A stretch of 64,000 nucleotides of DNA from Octopus vulgaris. Taxonomy: Eukaryota. How positions within the stretch are numbered: the stretch's first letter is position 1; each line of letters opens with the position of its first letter. The notes under the pieces are model-generated. The model was not told the DNA's origin. It saw nothing but the letters and a program-made list of their open reading frames with translations, and did no database searches. The position numbers were made by a program, and so were the translations under genes. Shown here in pieces: positions 44,496 through 59,485 of the stretch. Location: positions 138,632,001 to 138,696,000 of the forward strand of contig OX597817.1 in NCBI GenBank assembly GCA_951406725.2, given 5' to 3'.

Positions 44496-44817
44496 TTTGT
44501 GGTTGTTAGTGTTGTTATAGCCAGTGGTAGTGATGTGAGTGATACTGCTGTTGTTGCAATTTTTGTTGTTCCTATTGTTATTCATGCCGTTGCTGTTGTT
44601 GTTGTTAAGCAATCACCCGAAGGAGAGCATCTTACACCTTGGATGGAATATAATGATCACGCATGTTAATTAGATCATCTCAACACCTACGAGGGTGACA
44701 ATGCGCCCAAACATCTGTAGTGGTTTAAAATAATGCTGTTCAATCCATTTTCTATTGTGTGTGTGTGTCTCTCTCCCCCTCTCTCTCTTGCTCTCTCTCT
44801 CTCACTATATATATATA

Positions 44818-45526
44818 TCTCTTATTATAAAAGGCAGATTTTATCTGCCTCCCTTTGGGAGTTATGCAAATCTACAATATAGCATTTCTTCAATTACAAT
44901 TTACCTACCATTTTTGAGAGTACAATGCACCGCGTCATGCCAGGTCCAGTTTTTAAAATTTAAACTCCAATTAAGCAAAATTTACAGAAAAACTCACATT
45001 CTGGTGTGTGTGTCAAATGCTTTTCTTAGTCTGGTTTACACCACACGCAAACGCACACACACAGTGGGCAACGAATAAAATGAAAGTAAATAGCGACAGT
45101 GATTTGAGGAAGACTAAAGTGAAAGTATTCTGTCTATGACGCTGATAGACACATGAGTAAAATGTATGGGAAGCTAAGAGCTAAGAGTGAGTGAAAATGT
45201 TCTTGGAAGAGAGTAATTAGTAATAAAGTAAACATACACTGATACATGCATACATACATACATACATACATACATACATACATACACACACACATACACA
45301 CACACATACATACACACACATACATACATACACACATACATACATACATACATATACATACATACATACATATACATACATATACATACATACACACACA
45401 CACATACACACACACACAGTATTGAAGCTTGAGAACAATCAGATACATTTGCAACACATCTGTTGAAAATATTATTGTTCACACACATACATATACATAT
45501 ATACATACAGACAGACAGACAGATAG

Positions 45527-45557
<31 letters not shown>

Positions 45558-46628
45558 ATCCAGCATGGCCACAACCTCAAGGCTGAAACATATAAAAGAA
45601 TAACAGAATATAAATGTGTGCAAAGTACAAGAAATATTAATGCAGTATATGGGGATTGGACAATAAGCGTAAGGCAGTGTCAATGGTGGTTCCAGAAATC
45701 CAGAGCCATAAACTACAGCCTAGAAGACGAGCCTCATCCTGAAAGATCTGTAGAACTCGACAAGGACATCCTGAAAACCCTGGTGGAACAAAATATCATT
45801 GTAACTGTTGAGGAACTAGCAGAGAAGCTTGGATTTGGTCATTCAACCATTCATTGACACCTGTGTGCTATCGGAAAAGTCAGCAAATTGGGTCAATGGG
45901 TTCCTCACGAACTTTCCGAGTCTAATTGCATGCAGAGAGTGAATGTATGCTTTTCTTTGCTGTCATATCTCACCACTACTGCGCTATGTATATCTATATA
46001 TATAAAACTGTAGTTGTGTGAGTGTCTGTCCCCTTCGATTTAGATTCCTAACTACTCCCACATTTTGCGGTACAGTTTAACCAAATTCGGGTAGCTTATA
46101 GTCGTGATTCATATCGAGCCCGTCTGAATATTAGCGCGCGTCTACGATGAGTCTACGATTTAAAAAATAATTTAACATCATTTTTTATTCCATTTTAATG
46201 CATAATTTTTCGTGTGTCGATGGCGGCGGAGTTGGCGTCCACGCTCACACCTGCACCTGTGGGGAAGGGAGTGTAAGGAAATCAACGTCGTAATGCGTTG
46301 TCAAGGAGACCAGTGTTCTTTTAGAACAACGACTTCATGGCTTGAAGACACCAAAACAGAAATGGCTAAGAAAGCGTCTACATGAGTCTACGATTTAAAA
46401 AAAAATTACCATCGTTTTTTTTCCATTTTAATGCATTTTTTCGCTATTATATAAGGGAAGTAACTCTCTAAAAATGTCTACGATGAGTCAACGATTTTAA
46501 AAAAAATTTACCATCATATTTTTTCCATTTTTAATGCATTTTTTGCTATTTTTTGGCTATAACTCTCTAAAAATGCTTATATAGTTATTTCCCTTACAAA
46601 CCCGAGCAACGCCGGGCGATACTGCTAG
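44818..46628 (+). mobile_element. Composite Helitron-bounded unit, copy 1 (TC...CTAG), containing a mariner fragment and an inner Helitron 45993-46628
   Basis: A|TCTCTTATTATAAAAGG start; 3' hairpin CCCG AGCAACGC CGGG then CTAG|T; near-identical to 47573-49724 apart from indels. Confidence 0.75.
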
Positions 46629-46857
46629 TATATATATATATATATATCAAATGGGGTGATTTATATAGATAACACCATACCAAATTCTGGTGCCTTTAAC
46701 TTAAGTACCATATTCATCTGAATCTAAATTTTGCTGAACTTAAGTATGTACGTATGTATGTATGTGTGTGTGTGTGTGTATGTGTGTATGTGTGTATGTA
46801 TGTGTGTATGTATATGTATGTGAATATATATATATGTATGCGTATATATATGCATGC

Positions 46858-46901
<44 letters not shown>

Positions 46902-47198
46902 GTATGTATATATATATGTGTATGTATATATATATGTGTATGTATGTATATATGTGTAAATGTATATATACATACGTATATAATATAATTATGTGTGTGT
47001 ATTTATTATATTATATAGACGTGGCTGTGTGGTAAGAAGCTTGCTGCCCGACTACAGGATTCCGAGTTCAATCCCACTGCATGGTAGCGTGGACGAGTGT
47101 TTTCTACTATAGCCTTGGGCCAACCAAAGTCTTGAGTGGATTTGGTAGACGGAAACTGAAAGAAGCTCATCGTATGTGTGTATGTATATATGTGTATG

Positions 47199-47277
<79 letters not shown>

Positions 47278-47482
47278 GTATGTGTATATATATGTATGTA
47301 TGTATATATGTATGTATATATATATGTATGTATATATGTATGTATATATATATATGTATGTATGTATATATGTATGTATATATATATGTATGTATATATA
47401 TATGTATGTATATATGTATGTATATATATATATATGTATATATATATGTATGTATGTATATATGTATGTACATATATGTATG

Positions 47483-47518
<36 letters not shown>

Positions 47519-47572
47519 TGTATGTATATATATATGTATGTATATATATATGTATGTATATATATATATGTA

Positions 47573-49724
47573 TCTCTTATTATAAAAGGGAGATTTTATC
47601 TGCCTCCCTTTGGGAGTTATACAAATCTACAATATAGGATTTCTTCAAATACAATTTACCTAGCATTTTTGAGAGTACAATGCATCGCGTCATGCCAGGT
47701 CCAGTTTTTAAAATTTAAACTCCAATTAAGCAAAATTTACAGAAAACTCACATTCTGGTGTGTGTGTCAAATGCTTTTCTTAGTCTGGTTTACACCACAC
47801 GCAAACGCACACACACAGTGTGCAACGAATAAAGTGAAACTAGATGTAATATTTGTTTCTGTCTATGACGCTGATAGATACATGAGTAAAATGTATGGGA
47901 AGCTAACACATAAGAGTGAGTGAAAATGTTCTTGGAAGAGAGTAAATAGCGACAGAGAGTGATTTGAGGAAGACTTTACATTAAATAACCGTAGTGGCTT
48001 GTGTTAGTAATAAAGTAAACATACACTCATACATACATACATACATACATACATACATACATACATACATACATACACACACATACACACACACATACAT
48101 ACATACACACACACATACATACATACACACATACATACATACACACATACATACATACATATACATACATGCATACATATACATACATACAAACACACAC
48201 ACACACACATACACACACACACAGTATTGAAGCTTGAGAACAATCAGATACATTTGCAACACATCTGTTGAAAATATTATTGTTCACACACATACATATA
48301 CACATATACATACATACAGACAGACAGATAGACACACACACACACACACACATGATCCAGCATGGCCACAACCTCAAGGCTGAAACATATAAAAGAATAA
48401 CAGAATATAAATGTGTGCATATGTGTGAGAGAGAGAGTGTGTGTGTATATGTATGTACGTATGTATGTATATATATATAATAATGCGGTTTTTTCAACAG
48501 CTTGAACTAAAAGTCAGAGGGGAATGGGATAAACTACTTATATTAAATTGCTATAAAAGCAGGCAGTAATTTTATCTTGTCCTTATTCATAGTGCAAGTT
48601 TTGAAGAGTGCATTTCGATTTTAACAGCTATTTTTTTCAAAGCTATATTGGAAGTAACAAAGGAGCATATTTGGCATATTTTGCTTTATGAGTTCAATAA
48701 AGACAACAACGCAACGGAAAGTACAAGAAATATTAATGCAGTATATGGGGATTGGACAATAAGCGTAAGGCAGTGTCAATGGTGGTTCCAGAAATTCCGA
48801 GCCATAAACTACAGCCTAGAAGACGAGCCTCATCCTGAAAGATCTGTAGAACTCGACAAGGACATCCTGAAAACCCTGGTGGAACAAAATCTCATCGTAA
48901 CTGTTGAGGAACTAGCAGAGAAGCTTGGATTTGGTCATTCAACCATTCATTGAGACCTGTGTGCTATCGGAAAAGTCAGCAAATTGGGTCAATGGGTTCC
49001 TCACGAACTTTCCGAGTCTAATTGCATGCAGAGAGTGAATGTATGCTTTTCTTTGCTGTCACATCTCACCACTACTGCGCTATGTATATCTATATATATA
49101 AAACTGTAGTTGTGTGAGTGTCTGTCCCCTTCGATTTAGATTCCTAACTACTCCCACATTTTGCGGTGCAGTTTAACCAAATTCGGGTAGCTTATAGTCG
49201 TGATTCATATCGAGCCCGTCTGAGTATTAGCGCGCGTCTACGATGAGTCTACGATTTTAAAAATAATTTAACATCATTTTTTATTCCATTTTAATGCATA
49301 ATTTTTCGTGTGTCGATGGCAGCGGAGTTGGCGTCCACGCTCACACCTGCACCTGTGGGGAAGGGAGTGTAAGGAAATCAACGTCGTAATGCGTTGTCAA
49401 GGAGACCAGCGTTCTTTTAGAACAACGACTTCATGGCTTGAAGACACCAAAACAGAAATGGCTAAGAAAGCGTCTACATGAGTCTACGATTTAAAAAAAA
49501 ATTACCATCGTTTTTTTCCCATTTTAATGCATTTTTTCGCTATTATATAAGGGAAGTAACTCTCTAAAAATGTCTACGATGAGTCAACGATTTAAAAAAA
49601 AATTTACCATCATATTTTTTCCATTTTTAATGCATTTTTGGCTATTTTTTGGCTATAACTCTCTAAAAATGCTTATATAGTTATTTCCCTTACAAACCCG
49701 AGCAACGCCGGGCGATACTGCTAG
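47573..49724 (+). mobile_element. Composite Helitron-bounded unit, copy 2; inner Helitron 49089-49724
   Basis: Same termini and internal order as copy 1; retains ~300 bp (48420-48717) missing from copy 1. Confidence 0.75.
48648..49062 (+). pseudogene. Mariner transposase N-terminal fragment (second, shorter copy 45622-45965)
   Basis: HILLYEFNK..NINAVYG..WFQKFR..SLEDEP..TVEELAEKLG..*..KLGQWVPHEL. Confidence 0.9.
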
Positions 49725-49868
49725 TGTATATATATATATATATATGTGTATATATATATATGTATATATATATATGTATATATATATGTATATGTATGTA
49801 TATGTATATGTATGTATATGTATATGTATGTATATGTATATGTATGTATATGTATGTATATGTATATG

Positions 49869-49905
<37 letters not shown>

Positions 49906-50008
49906 GTATATGTATATGTATGTATATGTATATGTATGTATATATATATATGTATGTATATATATGTGTATATGTATGTATGTATATATGTGTGTATATG
50001 TATGTATG

Positions 50009-50067
<59 letters not shown>

Positions 50068-50086
50068 GTATGTATATATATGTATG

Positions 50087-50118
<32 letters not shown>

Positions 50119-50444
50119 TGTATGTATATATATATGTATGTATATATGTATGTATGTATATATGCTTATATATGTATGTATATATGCTTATATATGTATG
50201 TATTTATGCTTATATATGTATGTATATATGCATATATATGTATGTATATATGCATATATATGTATGTATCTATGTATATATATGTATGCATATATACATA
50301 TATATATATGTATATATGTATATATATGTATGTATATATATATATGTATATATGTATATATATGTATGCATATATATGTATGTATATATGTATATATATG
50401 TATGCATATATGTATATATATGTATGTATATGTGTATATGTATA

Positions 50445-50558
50445 TATCTGTAAATCTAATATGTGACAATTATTCGGTAGCCATGATAAAACACCGAGTT
50501 TCAGATGTCAGTTTTATCACGGCTACCGAATAATTGTCACATATTATATTTACAGATA
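50445..50558 (-). repeat. ~48-bp-arm hairpin enclosing a collapsed hammerhead core
   Basis: Arms 50445-50492/50511-50558; the minus strand loop reads CTGA-CATCT-GAAAC-TCGGT-GTT. Confidence 0.6.
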
Positions 50559-50620
50559 AATTCCTCTATTTACATAATATCGAGGTCGCTTTTATCCCTT
50601 TGTTGTCTTACCATTTCTAT

Positions 50621-50658
<38 letters not shown>

Positions 50659-50960
50659 GATTTTCGCAGGAAGGAAAATTTCTATCGAAGATACGTCTCG
50701 CCTTCACCTTCGAAACGTAGAGTAGATGAAACCATGGCGACTGAAGAAGGGGTTTTTTCCTTGTGTTATTTGTCATGTACTCTATTTTTTTGTTGTTGTT
50801 TAAGAAAAATGTCCAGTTCCTTGGGTTTGTGTCTATGTTTTCGTTTCTCATTGTGTTCGACGTTTTTTTGGTGTCCTGTACTCATATATGCGTCTATATA
50901 TACATGTAGAGGTAGGTACGTACATATATGTATATATATATGCATATGTTTTATTTATTA

Positions 50961-50993
<33 letters not shown>

Positions 50994-51948
50994 CTCTCAC
51001 AAACATGCACCTACAGGAGTGTAGCAAATGTGTGTGTAATGTCAGTATAATAATATCTCAACATTAAAGTGGGCCCTCGGGTGCCCTTTCTGGAGCTATT
51101 CTTGTCAGTCCATGTCCAATTGCTGCGGTGTTGTATTTTGTGTTGCGGCTGCAGTTATTGTAAGAGAGAGAGCGAGAGGACAATGCGTCTGTGAAGTGAG
51201 CATTGGTTGATGTGGGTCGGCACAAACGCAGCCGTGTGTCTATTCTTGTGTTCATACCTGTGTCGAGGAACATTAAACATTGTCTGATTGGGTGTGCGAC
51301 CATGAAATACATGCGTAGAAACACACCGCCTCTATGCCGAGACGCACGCACACACGCACGCATATACAGGCTACAGGTGTGCGCACTCACATACATACAT
51401 ACATACATACATACATACATACGAATGTATGTATGTACGTATGTACCTGTATATGTACCTATATATATATATATAGGTATACAGGATGAGAATGGTATAT
51501 ATATATATAATATGCACACACACACGAGTGCATGTGTGTGAGTGCGTGTTTCCCTGAATATGTATATATGTACCTATTATTTATAAAGTGTATCAAGATG
51601 AATAGATATTCATGTCAATGTATTATGCATTTGCAATTGTATATTTTTATATGTGTATTTGTGTATTTTTTAAATGTCTAAATATACTGGTACGCACATG
51701 ATTACACATATATACGCTCACACACGCACGCACGTATGTATAGTATGTAGGCACACGTCTTCACGCAACACCCAATATCTCTATCCACAAACATTTATAA
51801 ACATTTCGGCGGCGCCAGCGCACGTGTCCATTCTTCGCACAAACAAAGAACTCTACGCTTTGTTTTGGCTCGTTTTTTTTTTTATTTCAGGAGAAAAAAA
51901 AATGTGCTCAAATGTCATATTCATAACAGACAGAAACAGCAATAAATT

Positions 51949-51982
<34 letters not shown>

Positions 51983-52209
51983 CAGCACTAGTAGTAGTAA
52001 TAGTAGTAGTAATAGTAGCACTAGTAGTAGTAGTAATAGTAGCACTAGTAGTAGTAGTAGTAGTAGTAGCACTACTAATAGTAGTAGTAGCATTAGTAGT
52101 AGTAGTAGCACTACTACTAGTAATAGTAGCAGCAGTAGTAGTAGTAGTGGTAGCAACAGTACTAATAGGAGTAGCAACAACATTGGTAGTATTAGCGCTA
52201 GTAGTAATA

Positions 52210-52600
52210 TTTCCGCAAAACTTCCATTCGTCTTTGCCAGCAAGCCTCAGCTGGTGGCTTTGTGGTTTTCTCTTTAACGCCGCAGTGTTTCGTGCAAATC
52301 TTATGCGAAAATATCTCCGGAGGCCTCCGACCGCTTCTCCTGCCGCACCTTACTCAGTTCTTTATGCAGTGCCTGGCGAATTCATCGAGCTCCCTCCAGA
52401 GTCCCGCATTGCTCGCTGCAGGATATTTGATTCTGGGATATTCTGGTTTGCATCTCATCGGAGGAATAATCTGCTTGGATATCATCGGCAGGCCCTGGTA
52501 TTCCCGACATCTTGCTTGTATGCTCAAATAACAGCCCCTGCGCTGCCGGTTTGAGAGATGCATCCAATTTTGTTTCGGATGGATCTTCATGCCTTTTAAT
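52210..52600 (-). pseudogene. Probable N-terminal fragment of an RLE-type (HERO/NeSL-like) non-LTR ORF
   Basis: GMKIH...PRIKYPAASNAGLWRELDE...KHCGVKEK...RRMEVLRK resembles the RIKWP..W..LD region of such ORFs (recalled similarity, not searched); GC-rich island abutting (TAG)n. Confidence 0.45.
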
Positions 52601-52884
52601 TATATAAATGTTGGTTGATTTGTCCAGTCACGCTTAACATAGCTTAAAGAGAGGAGCAGCAAGGGTAAAAGAGACATGGAAAATTAACATAAGAGATGCG
52701 GGACGGTGGGAAGTAATGCTTGGTGGCAGGAAATGAGTAACAGAACGCTACAGGATGGGAATGATGTTGGTTGGTTATTATCTCTAGTCACGCTTTACAT
52801 TGAATAGAGAGGGGGGGGACAGAGAATAAAAGAGAGAGTGAGAGAGGGAGTTAATGGAGGAGTGTGTTATAAATTTATGAAAAA

Positions 52885-53283
52885 CTAGCAGTATCGACCG
52901 GCGTTGCTCGGGTTTGTAAGGGAAATAACTATATAAGCATTTTTAGAGAGTTATAGCCAAAAAATAGCAAAAAAATGCATTAAAAATGGGAAAAAAATTA
53001 TGGTAAATTTTTTTTAAATCGTTGACTCATCGTAGACATTTTTAGAGAGTTACTTCCCTTATATAATAGCGAAAAAATGCATTAAAATGGAAAAAATGAT
53101 GGTAATTTTTTTTTAAATCGTAGACTCATCGTAGACGCGCGCTAGTACCCAGAAGGGCTCGATATGAATCACGACTATAAGATACCCGGTTTTGGTTAAA
53201 CTGCACCGCAAAATGTGGGAGTAGTTAGGAATCTAAATCGTAGGAGACAGACACTCACACAACTTCACTTTTATATATAAAGA
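52885..53283 (-). mobile_element. Non-autonomous Helitron, same family as 45993-46628
   Basis: Minus strand TCTTTATATATAAAA...CCCGAGCAACGCCGG..CTAG; shares the GTCTACGATGAGTC(T/A)ACGAT internal repeats. Confidence 0.85.
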
Positions 53284-53469
53284 TATACATTTTGTTAAGG
53301 ATATAGAGGTATAAAATTAGTGACAACAGAAATGGACTTTGTCTGGCATGTGAATTTTCGGTGAATATAAATCCTTTATTTTTCTTATAGCATTTAATAG
53401 TACGAAAAGTCTTTTGATTGCTGTTATAAATACTTTGCGTCATTTATTCAGAGGTGCTGACTTAAAGAC

Positions 53470-53700
53470 TACAGTTTTTATTACCTGCTGAGAGTATAAT
53501 TGAAATGCACTCCCTGAATGGTGTTGCGAATCTTGCAATGGTCCACACCAATCTATCCTCAATGGCTAAGTTTTTGACATGTAACTAAGATTCCGCTAAA
53601 GAAGTTGAGTGCATCTTTGAACTTGTAAGGGAGTGGACATGTGCATAAAAGAAAGTTGGCCTTTGGACGAACGTGTTCCTTAGTGTAAGCATTCGTAATT
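53470..53700 (-). pseudogene. Decayed Naiad-type GIY-YIG fragment
   Basis: Minus translation NTFVQRPTFFYAHVHSLTSSKMHSTSLAES*LHVKNLAIEDRLVWTIARFATPF. Confidence 0.55.
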
Positions 53701-53804
53701 GTCCTCCATTTATTTATTATAATTTTGAGCAATTTCCGTTTAACGAACAAGCTTTCTTAGTCTCACAACTACAAGTTTTAAGTTTGTTATGAGTTGTTGT
53801 TTTC

Positions 53805-54230
53805 AAGGCGGCGAGCTGGCAGAAACGTTAGCGCACCGAACTAAGTGCTCAACGGCATTGCGTCTGTCTTTACGTTCTGAGTTCAAATTTCGCCGAGGTC
53901 GACTTTGCCGTTCACCCTTTCGGGGTCGATAAACTAAGTACCAGTTTGATGGTACTCAGGGTTGATGTAATCGACTAGTCCTCTCCCGCCAAAAATTTCA
54001 AGGTCTTGTGCCTTCAGTAGAAAGGACTGATAGTTGTTTCAAGGCGGCGGGCAAAAGACTGTGCGGCATTTAGTCCGTCTTTACATTCTGAGTTCAAATG
54101 CCACCGAGGCCAACTTTACCTTTCGGGGTCGATGAAATAAATAACAGTTGAACGCCAGGGTCGACGTAATCGACTTACCCCCTCCTCCAGAATTTCCGGC
54201 CTTGTGTCCCTATAAAAGGAAAAGGTTATT
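53805..54230 (+). mobile_element. Two tandem SINE family B copies
   Basis: Heads AAGGCGGCG at ~53805 and ~54040. Confidence 0.8.
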
Positions 54231-54815
54231 TCTAGTTTCAATAGGATTAGTAACCCATTCAGACTATGTTCATTGGTGGAATCTCAGTGTTTATTCCTTC
54301 TAAAGATGATTCTACCGTTTTTGGATACAAAAAGAATTATTATTAGAACACCTGTCATTAATTAGCTTTGGTTGGCACCGGACGACTAAAAGCGCAATGT
54401 GAATTGCATAATAAAAGAAAAGTGATCTTCCAGAACTGATATCTTGAATGATTAATTTCATTTATTTACCATTCTCTTACAGTGCCATCAACCTCTTTTG
54501 TAAAAAGACTTGTAAAACATGTAAAATGAAATATTGTAAAATATGCAACATGTAAAACGTTAACATGTAAAAGTAAATATTTGCTTTCTGAGTTTACAAG
54601 TTCTCAAGGTATTTTCTTTTCGTATAGATTTGCGTTTGTGTGTGTGTGTGTTTATATTCTTAAGCAGTTTATAAAAAAGATGAAGTAGAAATGGTCAAAA
54701 GAAAAACGGGAGATTCTGAAACAGTCGGAGGTTCATTCTTTTTCCACTGATTAAACCAGTAGAGGGTCGGGGTGGGGTATCCAATACAAACATGAAAAGC
54801 TTATCATACAAATAG

Positions 54816-54853
<38 letters not shown>

Positions 54854-55261
54854 TTTGTCTCGCTGTTTCGTACACGCACGTACACACACATTTTTCCGTC
54901 TCATTCTTTTTCTCTCTCTCACTCACACACACGCACACACATACGCACATACACATATACACACATATACACACACATATACACACACATATACACACAC
55001 ATATACAAACACATATACAAACACATATACAAACACATGTACAAACACATATACAAACACATATACACACACATATACACACACATACACACACACATAT
55101 ACACACGTCGTCTCGCTCTCTCGACACGTACACACACAGACGCATGCTTACTTAAAACCACTTTTTCTGACATACATTCTCTCGAGCTCACACCCATGTC
55201 CTCCCTCACGACCTCCCCACCCCGTTACATACTCACCTCTCTGTGAATTAGCTCACACATG

Positions 55262-55304
<43 letters not shown>

Positions 55305-55636
55305 TCTCTTTCTCTCTTTCATACATACTTTCAAACTCGCACATCACTTACACTCAGATTTCACACTCGCTCACACAAAACCACCCAACTATTCTTTAGT
55401 CCAGTGACGTGTTACCAATTCAACCTCCAGCACCACCACCACCACTACTACCACCATTACTATCTACCTGCTATCTATTGTTATTCAACCTATATCCTTA
55501 TAAATCGTGTATCAGACGACCTATATATATATATATATATATATAAATCTACTACTAATATAGGATATAGTTTTTTTCAGAAAAATATTTCATCAAAAGT
55601 GGCAGCATATTAAAATATATTTAAAGGTTAAAATTG

Positions 55637-55834
55637 TAAACAACTTATAAAGAGGGGCAAAAGAAAATCTATTTCCATGCCAATATACTGAGAACAGACA
55701 TTTAAGCGTCAATTTCCACATTTCATTTTACATTCACTTGTAAAATGAAATGTGGAAAATGACGATTAAATGTCTGTTGTCAGTATATTGGCATGGAAAT
55801 AGTTTTTCTTTTGCCCCTCTTTATAAGTTATTTA
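55637..55834. repeat. Near-perfect palindrome: 96-bp arms, 6-nt loop, 5 mismatches
   Basis: 55637-55732 pairs with 55739-55834. Confidence 0.95.
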
Positions 55835-56284
55835 TATATATATATGTATATGTGTATGTGTATATGTATAAATATGTATGTGTATATGTATATATATGTA
55901 TGTGTATATGTATATATATGTATGTGTATATGTATATATATGTATATATATATGTATATATATGTATATGTATATATATATATGTATATATATGTATATA
56001 TGTGTATGTGTATATGTATATATATGTGTATGTGTATATGTATATATATGTGTATGTGTATATGTATATATATATATATGTATATGTGTATATGTATATA
56101 TATATATATGTATATGTGTATATGTATATATATATATGTGTATATGTGTATATGCATATGTATATATATATATATGTGTATATATGTATATGTGTATATG
56201 TATATGTATATATATATGTGTATATGTGTGTGTATATGTATGTATATGTATATATGTATATGTATATGTATATATATGTATATA

Positions 56285-56331
<47 letters not shown>

Positions 56332-56497
56332 GTATATATATATAATATATATGTATGTATGTTCACAAAATTTTATTTGACAAGTTCTAGAGAGGAACGA
56401 ATCCGCTAATAATAACGAAGAAATAAAAGGATTTTTTTCCAAAATTCTGAATAATTGTTTCTCAATATTCAATTTCTGTACATCACACCTAACACTC

Positions 56498-56532
<35 letters not shown>

Positions 56533-56817
56533 ATATATATAATATGTGGTATTGAAACATATTTCAAAAATATTGTTTTAAACTTTCCTTCATTCGACCA
56601 AAATCACCCCACGCCCACCACCACCACCCTCCTTTTCCTTCTCCTCATCGTTATCATCGTCATCAGCAGCAGCGCTCTTTCAGTTGTTAACTTACTAATC
56701 AGTTGTTAACTTACTCGAGAGTTTATTATTTTGAAAATTTTACATGAAGTTTAAATTTCTAAGTTTTAAACATACCACCGAAGACAATTATAATTATTTT
56801 TTACAATACATCTATTT

Positions 56818-56883
<66 letters not shown>

Positions 56884-58001
56884 TGCATGTGTGTGTATGC
56901 GCACACACACATGTATGTATGTATGTATGTATGTATGTATGTATGTATGTATGTATGTATGTATGTATACATGTGTGTGCATGTGTTTGTAAAGATAGCT
57001 AGATAGGTAGATAGATATAGATAATATTAATAACCAGCAGAAGTTACAGTTAAACAATGCCAAAGAACGAAACTTTTGGCCCTTGAGTGAATTTTTTACT
57101 TCTACCGATTATTAATTATATATATAGATATATATAGATATATACATATACGTACACATTACATTTACAAATAAATTCCTCTATCTACATAATATCTCTT
57201 TCATTATTTTGTTGTCTATATATATATATATAAACACACTCATGTTTTGTGTTCTGTTTTCCTGTTCGCATCAGCAAACCTACACGCACGCATGTACGCA
57301 CATACACCACACGCATGCACACACACACACACGCATACACACACATATATTGACATGTTTTGATATATTTTGAATATATACATTGTTTGAACCAAAAACA
57401 ATGTTTATGTCAAGACTCAAGGTGGAAAACCTAAGAACTTTATTATGAAACACATGACTAAGAATTGTTTGGTTTTGTTCTGCCGAAGGCCAGACATTTT
57501 CCAACCGTGTATCTTTGTTGCAAACACCAGAAACGCCATGTTTCAAATACAGGATTACCACGATTTTATTTTAAGTAATTGTCTACTAATTCTTTCGTTT
57601 GTTTCTCCGTCAACGCCAGCTTTTCTACAAGAGCGGATTACAATTACTTGTCTGCAAATTATATCCTTATTTGGAAGCAGATTTTTGGAGTTGGGTAGGA
57701 GCTAAGACAAATCGACCCCACTCTTCAACTGGTACGTATTTTATCGACCTCAAAAAGAGAAAAGATAAAGTCTACCCCGGCGTAACTTGAACTTTGAACT
57801 TAAAAACGGACGAAATGATGCCAAGTATTTCATCCGGCGTGCTAAAGATTCCGCTAATTCACCGCCTCAGATACCACTCAATAATTATTTAGTAATAACC
57901 CAGGCCCTAGATCAGTTGTTTCCAACCTGGGGTCTGCGGACTCCTGGTGGTCTGCAAAGGAAATATTGGGGGTCTGTGAACTAAATTCAAAATTTCATAT
58001 G

Positions 58002-58064
<63 letters not shown>

Positions 58065-58272
58065 TAGAGAACCACCATGTAGCAATTCAATAATAATATA
58101 ATTAAATCATACCATATAGAAAAAAATTAAAGATACAATAAAACATTTACCTAGAACTAAATTAAGTACGAAATAATAAATAAATAGTATATAATTAGTA
58201 TATATATTGTGAGATTTGATTTAGTATTACTAAATTGAATTTTCCCCTGTAAGTTTGAAATCATATTCTCTA

Positions 58273-58313
<41 letters not shown>

Positions 58314-58618
58314 TTATAAACAAAAAATATTTATAAACAAACGACGTAACGTATACTGAATATAAAAATGAACTGGAGACAAACAGTAGGCATATAATTC
58401 TTCACCCTCGTACATACATATATAAATATAATATATATGCATAAGGATAAGCTTATTAAAAGGGGGCTGTGGGAAAACTAACTTAAATAAAGGGGTTGAT
58501 TCCCAACCAAATGGTTCTGGGTTCTGTCCTACTGAGCCGGTGCTTTTTTTACTACTGTAGTCTAGGGCCTACCGAAGCCTCGTGAGTGGCTCTGACAGAT
58601 GGAACCCCTCCTCATACA

Positions 58619-58737
<119 letters not shown>

Positions 58738-59450
58738 GGCCTTGGTGTGTTTATGCCCACGTAATATAGCGGTTCAGCAAAAGAAACCGATAAAATAAGT
58801 CCTGGAGTCGATTCATTCAACTGTAAATACTTCGGCCACAGTCTGAAACGTCAAAGATTAAAGATTCCATCATTTTGTGTAAACCCTAAACTGAGAGTAA
58901 AAGTGAAATTTAGATAATCCTGGGTATGCCATGTTTTCTGGTATCCACCCGTAATGGCAAAAGTATCCAATTTCCTCCAATCTTTCTACGTCATAAAATT
59001 GCCACCCCACTCAAGGCTTGATCTCTGTCCATACTTGTTCCTGGATTGTCGACTTTCAACTGTTCCACAACACCGGCTGAATCGTTCTCAAATGTCTCTC
59101 ACACAGTAGAAACTGCCGAGGAAAGCATGAATACCACCCCATCCTTCGACCAAACCATTAAAAAGGAATTAGGGGAAAAATCAATAGCTGAGCCATCAAG
59201 GCTTCAGAGATGTTCTAGTGTCAAAGCTTTATTGAAAGATAGACTCTACCGTAACAACACACCTGCTCCTTGCCAAGCTAACTTCGTCACAAATTTATCA
59301 ATTATTCAGGTGTTTTCTTTGCGTGTCTTTCTTGAAGCCACCGTAGCAGAACTGTTGACCATCTTCTACTCTATCTCCTTGTGAACTCACATTTATTTAT
59401 TTATGCTGATGAGCGCAGTTTTGGTATTAATCATAAGTGTATGAGTGCGT

Positions 59451-59485
<35 letters not shown>

